DNA of 63,984 bases, the filler included, from Perkinsus olseni (taxonomy: Eukaryota), in assembly GCA_013115125.1 (NCBI GenBank). It is 15 parts of 15 records of this genome, joined end to end, with 100 filler letters (N's around TTAATTAATTAA, not from the genome) between each part and the next. Parts side by side here need not be neighbours in the genome. Positions count along the whole stretch, not along the records: positions 1 to 4,298 come from JABANN010001293.1; positions 4,399 to 8,685 come from JABANN010001294.1; positions 8,786 to 13,065 come from JABANN010001295.1; positions 13,166 to 17,445 come from JABANN010001296.1; 11 more parts are not named here. The stretch is one strand, 5' to 3'. The notes under the pieces are model-generated. The model was given only the letters and a program-made list of their open reading frames with translations. It made no database searches and was not told the origin of the DNA. Below, piece after piece: positions 1-13,583 of the stretch. The position numbers and the translations under genes are program-made. Positions within the stretch are counted from its first letter, which is position 1. Every line of letters starts with the position of its first letter.

Positions 1-157
1 CTTGGTTCACTATTTCTCATCTTGCCTGTAATTGTTCGGGTTCAGCGTTGAGTTCATTAATTAGCACCCCGCCATGAATGGAAGAATTGCTGCGGTTAGG
101 CCGCTCCGTAGTGTCGAGGTAGCTGCGGATTTCCAGAGGTTCCGTTTGTACAGTGCA

Positions 158-547
158 TTACCAGGATACAATTCCGAATGAATCGGAGCTCCTAGTCCAT
201 GATGAAGATGGGCCGTACTGGGATTGTATCTCTAGGTGATACCACATGTAGGCACCCCTCAGGACCAAAGTAAATGCAGGAGAGTGAATGCAGTAGAGGC
301 TGAAGGACATCTCCACTTTTCGCCCGAAGAGCGAAGGACTTTTCCCCAACCGTTGAACGGCGAGTTGCCCTGGGTCTCCCACAGTGCCGCCGTAATCAAT
401 ACCGGGGGTCCAGTAGCTTGATACCCTCGTAGATTCCTCCGGAAAGGAATCTTCCACATGTGGTGGCTCTTCCATGCCCTCGCAGACCGGAATTGGCCAC
501 CAACCATCAACTAATACTGGTGGACAGATCCAAGAGGGTAAACCCAT
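158..547 (-). CDS. Hypothetical protein, probably the first exon of a gene running off the window
   Basis: ATG-started 129-aa ORF in a gene-dense contig; no recognised motif. Confidence 0.3.
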   Translation of the reverse strand: MGLPSWICPPVLVDGWWPIPVCEGMEEPPHVEDSFPEESTRVSSYWTPGIDYGGTVGDPGQLAVQRLGKSPSLFGRKVEMSFSLYCIHSPAFTLVLRGAYMWYHLEIQSQYGPSSSWTRSSDSFGIVSW

Positions 548-652
548 TCGATGACACCAACGCTACATTTATATAGTCGATGAGCAGCTTGAGAAACAAT
601 AGTATATATCACGCATCGAGTATCGCGTTAGATTACTGCTTAACAGCCTTCA

Positions 653-2519
653 TCATGCATGGTCCTGTACCTGTTGGGCAGCAGCAACAGCAGCAGCTCA
701 CTCGAAGCCAGCGGCGGATGTTGCCTACCATAGCAGCCACAGCTAGCGCTTCATCGGGGGCGAGAACACTCTCAGCTGCTGCGATCAACTTGGTAATATC
801 CTCCTGAAGGCCTCCCTCGGAGGAAGTTGCGCGTAGTGTATACAGGAAGGCTTCGTAAACCTATGAGAAGGCAATGAACACCCCGGGGCTAACGAGGGTA
901 CGCTGCACCTTGCCGAGCACTTGCATTGGCTGGATGCTGTCCAGCCCCGCTAGAGTTTCATCCAACTGCTTTGACATCTGAGCCAGCTGCCTCGCCCGCT
1001 CCTCGCTGTCTTCAAGATGAGCGATCTCCGCCCCTCTCCTGGCCGCAAAGTCATCGCAAAAGCGGGAGAGCAACCCATTGACGGCAGCTTCAGCCTCCGT
1101 CTTATCGAGACCAGCACATACAGATATAGACAGCCGGTCCACGACTGACTGCTTAATGATTTTGGCTATCAAAGCCATGGTGTCCAGCTCATTCTCGTCA
1201 CCCGACTTCCACGCTGGTATCGAATCCACACCGAAGAGATCGCATACCTCGTCAAGCATGAGAGAACCAAGCTCCTCGGCGCCCATCTGCTTCCAGCAAT
1301 CTAGGATCTCTGCAGCACCGGTAGATAGGGTACCACACACCAGAGCTAGCGGACGCTCGCTCTTAGCCTTCACGCACTCCTGGCGCGCTTCAGCCAGCTT
1401 CGCCTCAGTCCACTTGCCAGCTGCAGTCCGCGCGAATAATCGCCATCGGTCGTCCACCTCCCCATAGGTGGTTGCGAAGGAGAGAAGAGCAGTGATTGCG
1501 TCCATGTCCAGAGACTCCGCTACTCGATTGAGTACTGGCGCCAATGCCGACTCACAGAAGCTCTCCTCGAGGACTTCAAGCTCACGCAGTGCGTTCCGGA
1601 CCTCCACGTAGCGTGGCATGTAGATGGTGGCCATCTGCTTCGGTGCTGATTGCTTGAACAACTCTCGGAGCTTCATCGACTCGATGGTCCTAAACTCCTG
1701 TGAAGCAGACGACTTGTCATGGACCGCCTTGACCATAGCCAGCCTGTCCGCCGTGGTGAGGTCGAAGTCAGCCTTGATTCTATGACGGAGTCTTTCGTCA
1801 GCGGCATCAACTATCCTCAAGCACTTTTCCTCGAGGTCATGAACCGTCCGCAGCTCCTGGCCGAGCGTATGCAGCGTCTTCTCGCAGTTCAATCTGTACC
1901 CGGAGACCAGAGCCAAGTCATCCGTTTGCGCGGCTAGGGTGTCAGGCAATCGTCGTAGGGCCTCTAGCTGCTGTACCTGAAGACAATCACAAGTGCCTGC
2001 AGAGGAGGGCTTCTGACCACCTACTCGATCGAGATCTGTCACTGTGTTTACCAGCTTATGGACGGACGTGTCGTCAGAGGGCATGCCACTTTGTGCCACA
2101 TCACAAGCACTTCTGATGGCCCCCTTGGCCACCTTGAGGTCGCCATGCTTTTCGTCCAAGATATCCCCGGTGGTTTGGCTGACCTCACTAACGGCCTTAG
2201 CAGCGCCTAGGAACTTGGTGCAGTTCTCGTAGAGCAGCATTCGCAGATCAGACTGGAGCTCAGCGCTTCCTTGCGACAGCTTGACGTATGCACGAGTAAG
2301 CTCGGATACGCCCTGACTGTCGTAGTCCCCTTCGCTCGACGGCAGCACCGAGTCAACCGAGTCACTGCGGCCTTGAGCTTTAATGGAAGAGTCGGCAGAG
2401 GAACTGTCGGCGTAGTAGGAGCCAAGCAGTAGCCCCAGGCGTCCGGGCTTGGAAGGCGAATCTGCAGGGGAGTCCGCTGAGGGGTCGTCGGTGAATGCTG
2501 GTGAGAGGGCTGATGACAT
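653..2519 (-). CDS. VPS51: VPS51/Ang2-like GARP tethering complex subunit (spliced; 3' end approximate)
   Basis: ELQSDLRMLLYENCTKFLGAAKAV resembles the Vps51 N-terminal motif (LVYENYNKFISATDTI), preceded by LLGSYY; probable 48-nt GT-AG introns at 1977-2024 and 861-908. Confidence 0.7.
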
Positions 2520-2683
2520 CAAAAACAATCCTACAGATAGGAATGGAGTACTGCTGGTCTCGGAGCACTGCGCAGCTGAATGGATAGGAAACTTCCAAAC
2601 GTGGTGCTAAGCGCAGAAAGGTTAGTGAGTACGTTAAAATGATGATGAAGGCAGCAATACTGTAGACGGGCGCAGGGGCACCA

Positions 2684-4298
2684 CTAATTAGATGAAGGGC
2701 TTAACCGATCGAACACAATACCAGTGTCGCCACGATGAACGTAGCCCCTCGTGAAGAGCTTTTGCAACCATCGTCTCACAAACACCATACCATCGATATC
2801 ATTGGAGACCATCCTTACACTCGACCCGTTCTTGCCACTAAGATAAGCATGCACGTCCAGCCAAGTGGTGAATTCACTGCCGACCACCGAGTTGCTGTCT
2901 AGAGAGCACATGTACGCAGCCATCTTTACTGCTAGGTCCTGACCTTCCTCTGAATCGAAGTCGGGGGTGCGGACCTTCGGGACCTTCACCGAGGGAGAGT
3001 CGGGCCCGAAGATAGCCTCTAAGGCATCGGGCTCGGTGGGAGACTCCTCATTCGTGCCGCGAAGTGCCATAGCCAGCTCCTGTGCTCGGTGAGCCGCTTC
3101 TGGATCGTTGAGGACAAGGCCAACAACAGGGCGTCCAGACGCTACCACGGACCTCAGCTTCAGACTTCGCGTAAGCCTTGCCATCTCCTTGGGGTCGGGT
3201 ATACCGTCGACCATGAGCGACTCCAATAGAGCCCACAGGGAGAACAAAGCACCAGTGACCATGTGCTGACACACTGGCCTGAGGGAAGGAGCCACTACTG
3301 GGTAGAAGCCTATCGGCCCTTACCTCCGATTGATGTATGCCTGCTCCCATTCCTTCTGCCACTCGTCTATCTCCCCAAACCCTCTGTATCGCAGCCGAGG
3401 AGCCTTCCGTGATGAAAGCAGCTCACGAGGCCTGCGTAGTAGTATATTGGGTAGGTCAGGGCGCACAAGGATGAAGGTAGGCCTGCGACCGCTGGTGGAG
3501 GCCCGTAGAACAAAGCCAAGACCGGACTTAGCGGGGGGCAGAGGATCGTAACTAGGAGAGACGATGAACCTTACTCATCAGGTTGTAGTCCTACTCGTAG
3601 AAACCTTCGGGCACTCCCTCGTCAGCGGTGGCGTGCAAGGTGACCGAGCCTCTCTTGGCACTACGAGCTGCTGCTAAGGAGCTGCTGCCTCGCGGTCCGC
3701 TAGAGTTCCACGACGAGAGGTACCGGTCGAAGACTGACCCCCAGGCGGTGCCAACGTCACTTGAGAGGGTCAGCAGGTGTGTTTCAGGACCGTTGCCAGC
3801 GCATAGGAGCTCCGAGTTCACAACTTCCATGCTCGGCCTACTGCCGTCCACGTCCTTGCCACCTAAATGGGGAGGCTAGCGATAATCCTAGGGCTAGTCC
3901 CGACGCCTCACCACGTGTCAAGAGATCGTCCTCTTTCCTCAGAGCATCGTACTGGCAGTTGTAGTGATGGGTGAACCACCGCCTGAGGGCATTCTGGACC
4001 TCTACTGGCTGGATGAGGCATCGATTGAGGAAGAGGTTGAAAGCAGCGACCGTCTCACTGGGGGCGGATGACTGAAACACCAACGTCACGGGAGAGAGGG
4101 CCAATGAAGAGCTCACGTCGAGAGAGCGGGCCTGGCTGGAGGATGTGAGGCCGGCGTCGTCCATCACGTGTGATATGATCTTGAGAAACTCTTCCCGACA
4201 GGTCCACGGTCCAGGACTCCGCCACACTTCCTCGGGCAGGTCTTCCTCATGGGGCTGTGAAGTCGGGAAGATTTGAATAATCCTACACGACCGCAGGG
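2684..4298 (-). CDS. SBNO: Strawberry notch (SBNO)-family helicase-like protein, C-terminal exons
   Basis: Collinear blocks FLNRCLIQPVEVQNAL, THLLTLSSDVGTAW, EGFY, HMVTGALFSLWALLE and LRSVVASGRPVVGLVL match the SBNO C-terminal motifs FLNRILGMEVHQQNAL, ERGMSW, GFY, LCGSVLSVWTKVE and RLRTEDGQRIVGLII; short introns separate the ORF pieces. Confidence 0.75.
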
Positions 4299-5259
4299 NN
4301 NNNNNNNNNNNNNNNNNNNNNNNNNNNNNNNNNNNNNNNNNNTTAATTAATTAANNNNNNNNNNNNNNNNNNNNNNNNNNNNNNNNNNNNNNNNNNNNTC
4401 AACATGGTCAAGAAGGCAGCCTGCATCTTCTTCGCTCAGTCATCACAGATCTATCGGTGTCGAAATCTCCCGGTCTAACGAGTCAAAATCACACTCTAGT
4501 CCCTCTTTGGCGGCGTCTTTCAAACAGAAACTCCGGTCAGCCCCATTTTTGTCAAATCAAGCCTCTCGCCGCTCAAACAATCTCTCCCGACGTCGATGAT
4601 TTCGACCAGCAGACTCTGGCGTTCCTCGAGAACCCCTTCACTGCATCATTTTCGGTGGCTCTCAAAAGCATCCCGGTAGGTACATCGGTTGGCGTCGGCA
4701 AGCCTCACATATCTTTATCCAGGACAGCGTCTACTCATGCATCCTCCTCGAAACCACTAGGTCATCTTGTCGCGGAGGAAGGCTAGGATGCTTGTCTGTC
4801 TACCTTTCTGAACCGACCGTGGTACGACAATCTGCCTTCGGCCTGGAAATGAATGGACAAACTCGACTGCTCCAATGACCGCAGTCTTGAGGCTCTCAGC
4901 ATCGCTCTCATAGCAGCTCTAGGTCTTTTCTGCAGACTATCTATAAGCGGCCTTATAGACGCTAATGCTGGCTTGGCCTTCCTTGGTACGGTATTCGGAG
5001 CAGCATACGCCGAAGAAGTTACCATGTGTTCCCGTTATACATTGGAATACCTTCTAGAAACTATGCTCTTCTTGACGGTCGTTGCTCCGATTGCGCTCTG
5101 CTAGACCACAACAACAGGCGATAACTTGCATTACAAGTCTTGGTCGAGCACCTTCCCTCGATGACTTAGGTCAACATTCATCGAGACAGCACCAACGAGG
5201 TTCGTTGGGTCCCCTCTCCTTCTTCACCGAGACACGTTGACAGCCAAGAATTGCGATGT

Positions 5260-5567
5260 ACATCATACAGTACAGTTGCGAATATCCCAAACTCCAGTAT
5301 CTAGCTGCACAGAACAAGCGATCTTATCTGGGACATTCATCGATCGAACTTATTCATCGATCGAACTTAACCCTCAAACAAGGCTACAGCTCGCACAAGG
5401 TCTCCACTGCCCGAGAGACATATCGCTGATTTGCGCCTCGTAACAACCTGGTCTCGGCTGGGTTGGGTGAACACTCAGGTATCGTGTCTATCTCACAACT
5501 TGGTCTACTTCTCAGTCGAGCTTTGAACTTTCCAATAAATTGACCGCGTGATCTTTTCGTACCAAAT
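5260..5567 (+). repeat. About 300-bp dispersed direct repeat, copy 1
   Basis: ACATCATACAGTACA...CTTTTCGTACCAAAT recurs, diverged, at 7659-7937. Confidence 0.85.
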
Positions 5568-7658
5568 TCGAATGAACCAATACCAATACCAAATGGAATG
5601 AAGTTGAAACCGAATGTACGAACCAATATTGGGCGAATGATTTTTTTCGAAAAACTCGTGACCGGACAGATCACATTTAGAATATCTTTGGATCCATCGC
5701 TCATGGACGAATGGCAGTGCACCTCGCACTGGGCCAGGCTGGATATTTACCCGATAAGTGCGAATGACTTTGACACCAGTGATGGCAGCGCGCTCCCACC
5801 CCGAGGGTCGCATTCAATTTCCAAACCTTAGAACTTGGCCAACGCTTCAGACACTCTTAGTTTAATATGGTGCTGAAACGTCAGCTTTCTGTCAATCAAG
5901 ACCCCCAAACACCCGCAACACCTTGACGACATGGATCGGTACGTCCCGCTGGGTGAGGTTTTCACCAGTACAGCGTGAGATAAGAGTCTGGTTCTTTTCA
6001 GCTCAACCCCGCGTCATCAGCCCATACAAGCAGATGTCATTCAGCTCTCTTCCACTCGTTCCACTTCAGCTCCCATTCTCGCGAATAGGTTTATCGTCGT
6101 ATCATGAACAAAGAGCGTCAAATGTATTCCCTGGGTTTTCAGAGACTCGAAGCGATCCAAGAGAGAGAAGGTGCTCAGCATTTCCAAAAAAGCCCAAGAA
6201 CACTTCCATGCTGGACCCCGCGATGCAGACTTCGTTCTCCGTGGTCGCAACCGTAGTCAGAGCTCACAGCCTGGCCCCCCAGATAGCTTTTCAGCATATC
6301 CAGCAAGTGAGGAGGAACATTGTGCTCAGCTCAGCGGTTCGGACATCGAGCTGTACTGTGGCAACCGGGCAGTTCCTGCCACGCCGCTTCCCAGCCCAAT
6401 ACAGCTCTACCACGCGGTGAACCGCGCTGTCCACGCTCTTACCCCTACAAAAATCATGCACGGCAGAGGAATGATGTTGCAAGTGCTGTTCAATGGTTAG
6501 TTCGGCATAACCTAGTCAAGTTGTGTGTAATATAGGCGGCTAGCAGCCTTCAGCCGCGCCGATATTCCTACCAGCTCTCATGCTGGAGCCAACGTACTAT
6601 TAGGATGAGATGAGTGTAGTGGAACCGTGGCCCTAGTGTCCAGATCAGTGCTGTTCAGACTTGAGGGCCGTCACGCTCTGTGTCTGAGCACGGGTGTGTT
6701 TACTCTAAACACGATCTCAGCCATTACCTTTTTTGTATTATCTGCATAGTATGCAGTGCATACCTTCCAACTATGCAATTTGATGTGTAACCGAGTGGCG
6801 GCGTGCTTTTTTATACCGCTGCGGCGGAATCGAATCGGCGAAGGCTGCCTGTGGTCGATAGTCAAGTCGATCCCGGAGCATCCCGCACGGCAACATGCCC
6901 GTATGCCAGCGTGCTTTCTATCCTAGCTTGACCTATACTCACAGGGTCTTTGTCATAGCCAGTTTTTTTCTGTTATCACTCTTGCTCTGCGTTTCTCTCA
7001 TCGAATCTTCCCTGTGACACTTGCTTTCGCCTATCGAATTCTTCTTGGGCAGAAATTTGACCGCATTACGATATTTTCGGAAAACTACTTCAATCGATAA
7101 ATGGTTCAACAGGAAGAGCGCGCGATTGATTTCGAGCCATTTAAGGTTCAAGCTGGCGAAGAATATTCTGAGTGTAAACTTCACGCAATGAAGTCACCCA
7201 GCTTAGTGATCCTCTCTCCAGTTGAAAGCGTACCACTTAGGCTGTATACGATTTCTCTCTGTACCACCTGAACCAGTTTCATGTTTGCCGGCTTTGATGG
7301 TGCACGGGTTTTGGGGCGCCAATCTGCAGTGTATCAATTCCCAGTCCGCCGATCGTGACCGAACCAGAGAATGAATAACAGTCTGAGAGAGTGTTCCGCG
7401 ATTCCTTCAGAAGTATCCGTTCCAGGGTATGATCGATGCTGGAGTATTTATCAATCGTTCAAGGCATCCTTCCTTGTAGAAGCCTACCAAACTCCACAGT
7501 TTTTTTAGCTATGAGTTGCTGTTCTCGCCTGGCATGGATAAGGGGGTCTCAGAGGTTGGTTTGATACTCATAAGTTGAGAGTTGGGTTGATTAAGGAGTG
7601 TGGGTACTTATTTGACCTGACACTCGGGCCGAAACTCGTGCCGTTAGGGTTGTAATGA

Positions 7659-7937
7659 ACATCATACAGTACATTTGCGAATATCCCAAACCTGAGTATC
7701 TAGCTCCACAAAAGCTCCAATCCCATCTCGGACATTCATCGTTCGAACTTAACCCTCAAACAAGGGTACAACTCGCACAAGGTGCCCGAGACATATCGCT
7801 GATTTGTGCCTCCGTAATTACCTGGACTTGGGTGGGTTGGGTGAACACCCAGGTATCGTTCTCATCTCACACCTCGGTCTACTTCTCAGCCACAAACTTG
7901 CCCAATAAATTGACCGCGTAATCTTTTCGTACCAAAT
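7659..7937 (+). repeat. About 280-bp dispersed direct repeat, copy 2
   Basis: Diverged copy of 5260-5567 with small indels. Confidence 0.85.
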
Positions 7938-8869
7938 CATTTCGACCGACAGGAATCTGCTTGTCCCGTCCACCATTTTGTCCTATTGCTCGTAACTACC
8001 ATACTGAATACCAGACTACAAGACTAGCCAAGTCGTCACTATCCCTCGACCATTTTTCATTAACCGTCCGGATAGAGAAGCGATGCACGGGTGTGGGCGC
8101 CGAATCACCGTGGAACCTCAAGTGGAAGAAATAACCAAAAAACCAGTTTCTATGAGAAGTTGGGGCCGGGGCGCTAAACTGCATCACTCCGAAGCTCCGC
8201 AAATATCCCATCTGATCATTTCAGCCATTCGAACTCTGAGCATTTTTTCGTCCAGACTGTCACATTCCTGAAGTGGGTGGTCCTGAGAAGTTTCAGGGTC
8301 CTTCAAGGCTTGACCTTATCGGCGAATGGCACTTCGAGAATACCGTCGCGTGCTGGTGCGAGCTTGTACTACCACTGTTTAACGGGTGATACAGTCTAGC
8401 GAATTGAGTTAGCGATGGGCAAGAAGAATACAAGGCGGTGCACAGTAAGCCCAGCTCAGCATTCCTACACGTAGACACGTCCACCTTGCTTCGATTCGTT
8501 CAGCTATGGTCCATCTACTATTTCCTTGGTCAACTTTTTTCTCCCCCGCCGTTTACTCCTCTTATGCTCTAAAAACGACTGTTACTCACCAACACCTCGG
8601 GCAGTAAGTTCTGGAGTAAATCGTTTTTCCTCACCGGAGTTTTTCTAAACACCTGTTTTTGCACCACTTGCACTGTCATTTTCAANNNNNNNNNNNNNNN
8701 NNNNNNNNNNNNNNNNNNNNNNNNNNNNNTTAATTAATTAANNNNNNNNNNNNNNNNNNNNNNNNNNNNNNNNNNNNNNNNNNNNGAGTATTCAGTGTAC
8801 GAGCCGTGTACGAAGCGATAGTGTACGAGTTTTCGGTGTACGAATCGTAATACACCCATCCCGGAAGAT

Positions 8870-9646
8870 GTGTTTACTCCCCCTCAAGGTCGTGACTATG
8901 CTTCGGCCCGGGAACCGGAGTCGGTTGTTCTATCAACCCCAATTCCGGTACCTCTTGCCCCAGACGCAACACTTGGTTGGAGACTACATCGTGTGGAAGT
9001 TCAACCCGGCCCTGCTCAACGCCAGATGGCACCGCAACTGTTGGTTAATGACGAGGTTGCTAATGTACGGAGCCCTGACTCTCAAGACTCTGGTGTGCGG
9101 CGAGACGAGATGTTGGCCCCGGAGATCCCTGAGGTTCCCGAGATGGAGGAGGCAACCGATGATGAGCCTCCTTCGGTACCGTCACGAGCATCTTCGGCCC
9201 GACCTTCCTTGGTGCAGTCCCCAGCTTCCTCGGAAGCAGGTTCGGCTCCACCAAGTGCGGATGGTGACATCTCTCTGCTGTCGGCGCCATTGACTAGGAC
9301 CCCAGCATCTAATGCTTCTTTGGAGGTGCAGCAAGAAGAACATTCTGAAGCGGATGACTTGTCATCGCTTCATGATCTCTTCGCGACTCCCGAGGGTAGT
9401 TCGGCCCGTAGTGCTGCTACCCCGTTGGCCGAAGGTTCGGCCCGTTCAGAAGGTTCTGACCATCCAAGTCCCATGGTGGCCGCTGATGACTCTGGCGACC
9501 ATCAAGATGTTGCTGCTGATTCTCAACCTCAAGGTCGTTATCAGCCTGAGGTAGCCCCCTCGCATGTGTCGAGATCTGATCGTACGGTTCGACCGCCTAG
9601 GAGGTATTCGCCTGGTGCTTATACTTCCCAGGGTGGCCTTAAGTAA
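8870..9646 (+). mobile_element. Low-complexity C-terminal tail of an LTR-retrotransposon pol, followed by a PPT-like tract (9691-9702) and TG start of a probable LTR (9703)
   Basis: ORF ends SRSDRTVRPPRRYSP, typical of gypsy/BEL pol tails; GGGGAGGAGAGG then TGT follows. Confidence 0.5.
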
Positions 9647-10248
9647 GGTCTATGTGAAAATCCCACCCTTGACCCGTGATAGGATTTTGCGGGGAGGAGA
9701 GGTGTATGGGATATGTTGTTTCTGTACTTGGCTAGCCTGATTACCCTTGTTTTAAGTCTCTCGTTGGCAATGACGAAGGTGTGACTGCCCTTTTGAGCTC
9801 TGTCCTGGTGTCTGCGGTTCCGCTGTGACAATTGTGCACGATTCGAAATTTTACGCGCTTGTAATGATCATTGTAATTGTATTGGTACCTGTAATTGTAA
9901 TCGTAATTGTAATTGTGATCACCGTAATTATTATTGAGACTCTCATGCCCACCTTCGGACGGTATGATGGAGGACTCACCACATAAGTTCACGGTAGGCT
10001 CGGTGCAACATCTGCATCGGCTTACTGCTATTCTGAGAAGTCGTCTGGTTATTGTCTGTTAACCGGGCTTCTCTAGATTGATGCGAGCGAAAATTTGTAG
10101 TCATGCGTCGCTACGCTCCGCTCATGACGAAACGTTTGTAGTCATGAAACGGTTCGCTCCGCCAAGTTTCTGGAAGTTATTCCTCGGCTCTTGTGACTAT
10201 TAGCCTTGGATTATTGTCTTTAATTTCAACTTCGCAGGATTTGGTCCT

Positions 10249-11527
10249 ATGCCCCCTGGAGGTATCTTATCTACGCTTCAGGAGCTGCTTGGTGTGGCTC
10301 CAGAGCAGCGCGGAGACTCCCTCCAACACTATTGTAAGCTCGTACGCCAAGAAGACCCGCCTACGCCTGTTTCGGCCCGAGTCTACGACGACAACGACAT
10401 TGTTGGGTTGACTTGTAACCGTCGCCCTCGGCCCGTGACTGGTGAGGATGGTGTGGTTCGCAAGCTTCATGATCGCAATGGTCAACTAAGAGGTATCGCC
10501 CCTGACAGTGACGCCGATCATTCGCCGAAGTGGTTTTTGGCCCGTTCGGTTAGCAGTGCCGTTCGGTCCTTGGTCTCGTGGGGATGCCCTTGGGTGAGAG
10601 TAGAGGTATTACGTGAGAGTTGGGGAAAGCCCTTCCTGTGGGACGACTGCGCGGCCGAGTTGTTGCCATGTGCCGCCTTCTGCAAGAAGATCGTTCAAGT
10701 CCCCTTGGCTGATGATGATACTCTGGTTGCCCCCTCTACGACTCGCCCTTCGGCCCGCTCCGATTTGGCCCTGCTTGCCTATTCGTGTGGTACCGTTCTC
10801 ACTCGAGACCTTGCTTACTTCTGTGAGACCTGCACCACTGTGGTGAAGATGAGAGGAGTTCGGCTTGAAGACCAACTGTATAGTTTGGCCCGTCACTTCA
10901 ATAGTGCCGGCCATAGGAGTAACCAAGGCTCTCTCCCTGGGAGAGCTCATAGAGGTCGACTGAGTGTGTTCCCCTTCTTCTTCGTCGATCACGAGTGCTT
11001 CAAGCGGCTTTCGGCCCGTCAGTTCATGGACGATCTCAACAGTGGTGGCCTTAACCCGGCGCTGCGAAGGTTCGCTTCGACTCTCCGAGATCGACTTCGG
11101 CCTGATGGGCATTTCGTCTACATCCACAAAGGCATGGGAAGGTTCTTCTGTTTGGCCCGTCGGAGCGACTTTGCTCCGTCGGCTGGTCATCGTCCCGGCC
11201 CGTTACCCTTTGTGTTGGAAGAAGGTACCTGCTCCTACGATCGAGTGATTTCGGCCAGTTTACAGCGGCTTCGGCAGGAGAATTTTGGTGAGCCTGTTAC
11301 TTCGGTATCGACTCCTCAGCCTTCGGCCCGTTCTTCGGAGCCTTCAAGGATCCCGCCGCCGCCACCGCTGCCAGTTCAACAAGTGGTCGAACCTTCAAGA
11401 AGATCGTCGTTATGGTCAACCTCGAGTGCTGGTACCCCTCAAGACGATTTCCCTCAACGCACAGTCATGCACTGTCTACACAACACAATGGAGCTGTGCT
11501 TATACAGTATCAGTATCACAGTATCTA
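10249..11527 (+). CDS. Retroelement-associated ORF with a C2H2-type zinc finger; reading frame runs into a MITE
   Basis: 453-aa ORF containing YFCETC...RHFNSAGH; shares the TTCGGCCCG motif with 8870-9646. Confidence 0.45.
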
Positions 11528-11991
11528 CAGGGCTCCAAGTTGAAATAGAATATTGCGTTTTTTTGGAATTTTTCTTACACTTTGACGTGTTTCGGGCTGA
11601 GACTCGGTAGGGTATGCTAATACATCCCACTATAGATTCACATCATGGTATCATGGTAATCTCTACATGACACATCTAGGTATAGGTATTGAATACGCGG
11701 CTTTTCGATTGGTGTACAGCTTATCATCAGATTCGCATTATTTCTCGTGATTCTCTAGCAAAAACGCGGATTCCAGGGTAAAATTTACAGTGTATATTCT
11801 ATTTCTATTTGGCAACTTTTTCGAGCTAATTTCCCAGTTCTCGTCTACCACCGCGAGATGATAGCTGAAACTCATAGAGTATCTATAGTGGGATGCATTA
11901 GCATACCCTACCGAGTCTCAGCCCGAAACACGTCAAAGTGAAAGAGAAATTCAAAAAAAAACGCAATATTCTATTTCAACTTGGAGCCCTG
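11528..11991. mobile_element. Tc1/mariner-type MITE, 464 bp
   Basis: About 110-bp TIRs CAGGGCTCCAAGTTGAAATAG.../...CTATTTCAACTTGGAGCCCTG, flanked by TA on both sides. Confidence 0.9.
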
Positions 11992-13583
11992 TAGTAAGAG
12001 TCATACTAGCTTCGCATTATCACTCCATTCTCTCAAGTATTCCACTTACTAGCTAATATTACTGTAGCTAGTCCGCTCACTTACTTACTGCTCTAGTATC
12101 TCGTTCACTATGAGCCCAATCTAGTTATGTTGTGTTCTACAACTACACCTGCTGCAACGAGATAGTGCAGTGAGCAGCTCACTGTGAGCTTTCTGACCTC
12201 ACCAACAACTCAATCAAGGAGTTGCTTCATGGTCACATGGTCACACACCGTGACCATACCCTGCGACCCTGCAAGGACCGTCACAGGCAGAATCGGTAGG
12301 TGTGAGCCACACCTACCGATCTCACACCGTCTGAGTACGAGCCTCAGTGTGAGTGACACTGCGACTGCCGTCGTGACAGTCACGTGACAGTGTCACGTGA
12401 TGGGGCTATTGAAAGTGAAGTTAGGAACTTCGGGTTGTGTAAGAGATCAGTAGCTTCGGGCGAGCCCTACAGTGGCTTTCGCTAAGTGTAACAGTCCTTG
12501 GAAAAGTGAATTTACCTAGTTGATCACGGCTCTGAGTTTCGAGCGCAGTTGTTTTCCGACTTCTAGGGCTGAGAGACCGTACAGTATGGAGTTTCGCCGG
12601 TAAGTGAATAAACGTTCAGGGTTTGCTGGGGGAAGTACGCTGTCGTTGCCCTCCGTTCATTAGCCCGCGCTCGGTAGTCTCCGTGTATTGTTTCAGGTTC
12701 TGTCACGCGTAGACTACCTTGAAGTGAATTCCCTCGTACCAGCTCTCTCAAGATTGCAAGAATGGGTGGAGACGAGACGCTCGGGCGAGGCTCCGAATGC
12801 GTTGGAGCGCCTCAGCATTTCCCAAGGAACTAGACGACATTTTCCTGGAGAAATTTCTTCATGGAGCCGATTCCGCTTACGTGGGACGTTTCCGCGAGTG
12901 TCCTAGTAGCCGCATTGTGTCTCCATAGCTTGGTTGTGATCTTCCCGCGACAATCCGCGATGAGAGGCCCTCTCCTTACGTACACACTGTTATCAGAGAT
13001 TGTGGGTGGATGCGCTGGCGGGAAGCCGCCGACAGGATGGGTTTCGCCGGACAATCTTCCTGCAGNNNNNNNNNNNNNNNNNNNNNNNNNNNNNNNNNNN
13101 NNNNNNNNNTTAATTAATTAANNNNNNNNNNNNNNNNNNNNNNNNNNNNNNNNNNNNNNNNNNNNTATATGGGGGTCGAGGATGATATCATCACATTAGC
13201 GAGTTGTTGTTGTTGTTGAGACATCAGCAAATTGGCGGTAGGGTCGAGACGGGGGGATACAATTGGCGGATAAGGAAGTCATTTTAGCGGCAGGCCTCAA
13301 ATAAGGAAATCAATTCCGCGAATAAGGCACGCAATTTCATGATTGAGGAAATCAATTTCGCCGATAATTTGCGTCTTCTCCCTGCCATATACCGGGAGCA
13401 GACGTCATCCTAATTCAAATTGAAAAGCAGAATTACACCTGTCGACTGCTTCATGAAATGCCGCCGGTGCCATAGTCGATTCTCAGTCACCTGACAATAA
13501 CCGTAGTCGGGACTGATGACACTTTTACCCTTGTTGGAGTTTTAACGAGCTCACTATCAGGTTCAAGTTTTTCTTCTTAACAC

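Noticed and set aside
4343-4354. TTAATTAATTAA recurring every ~4.3 kb
   Set aside because: Synthetic contig linker; the spacing reflects size-sorted contigs
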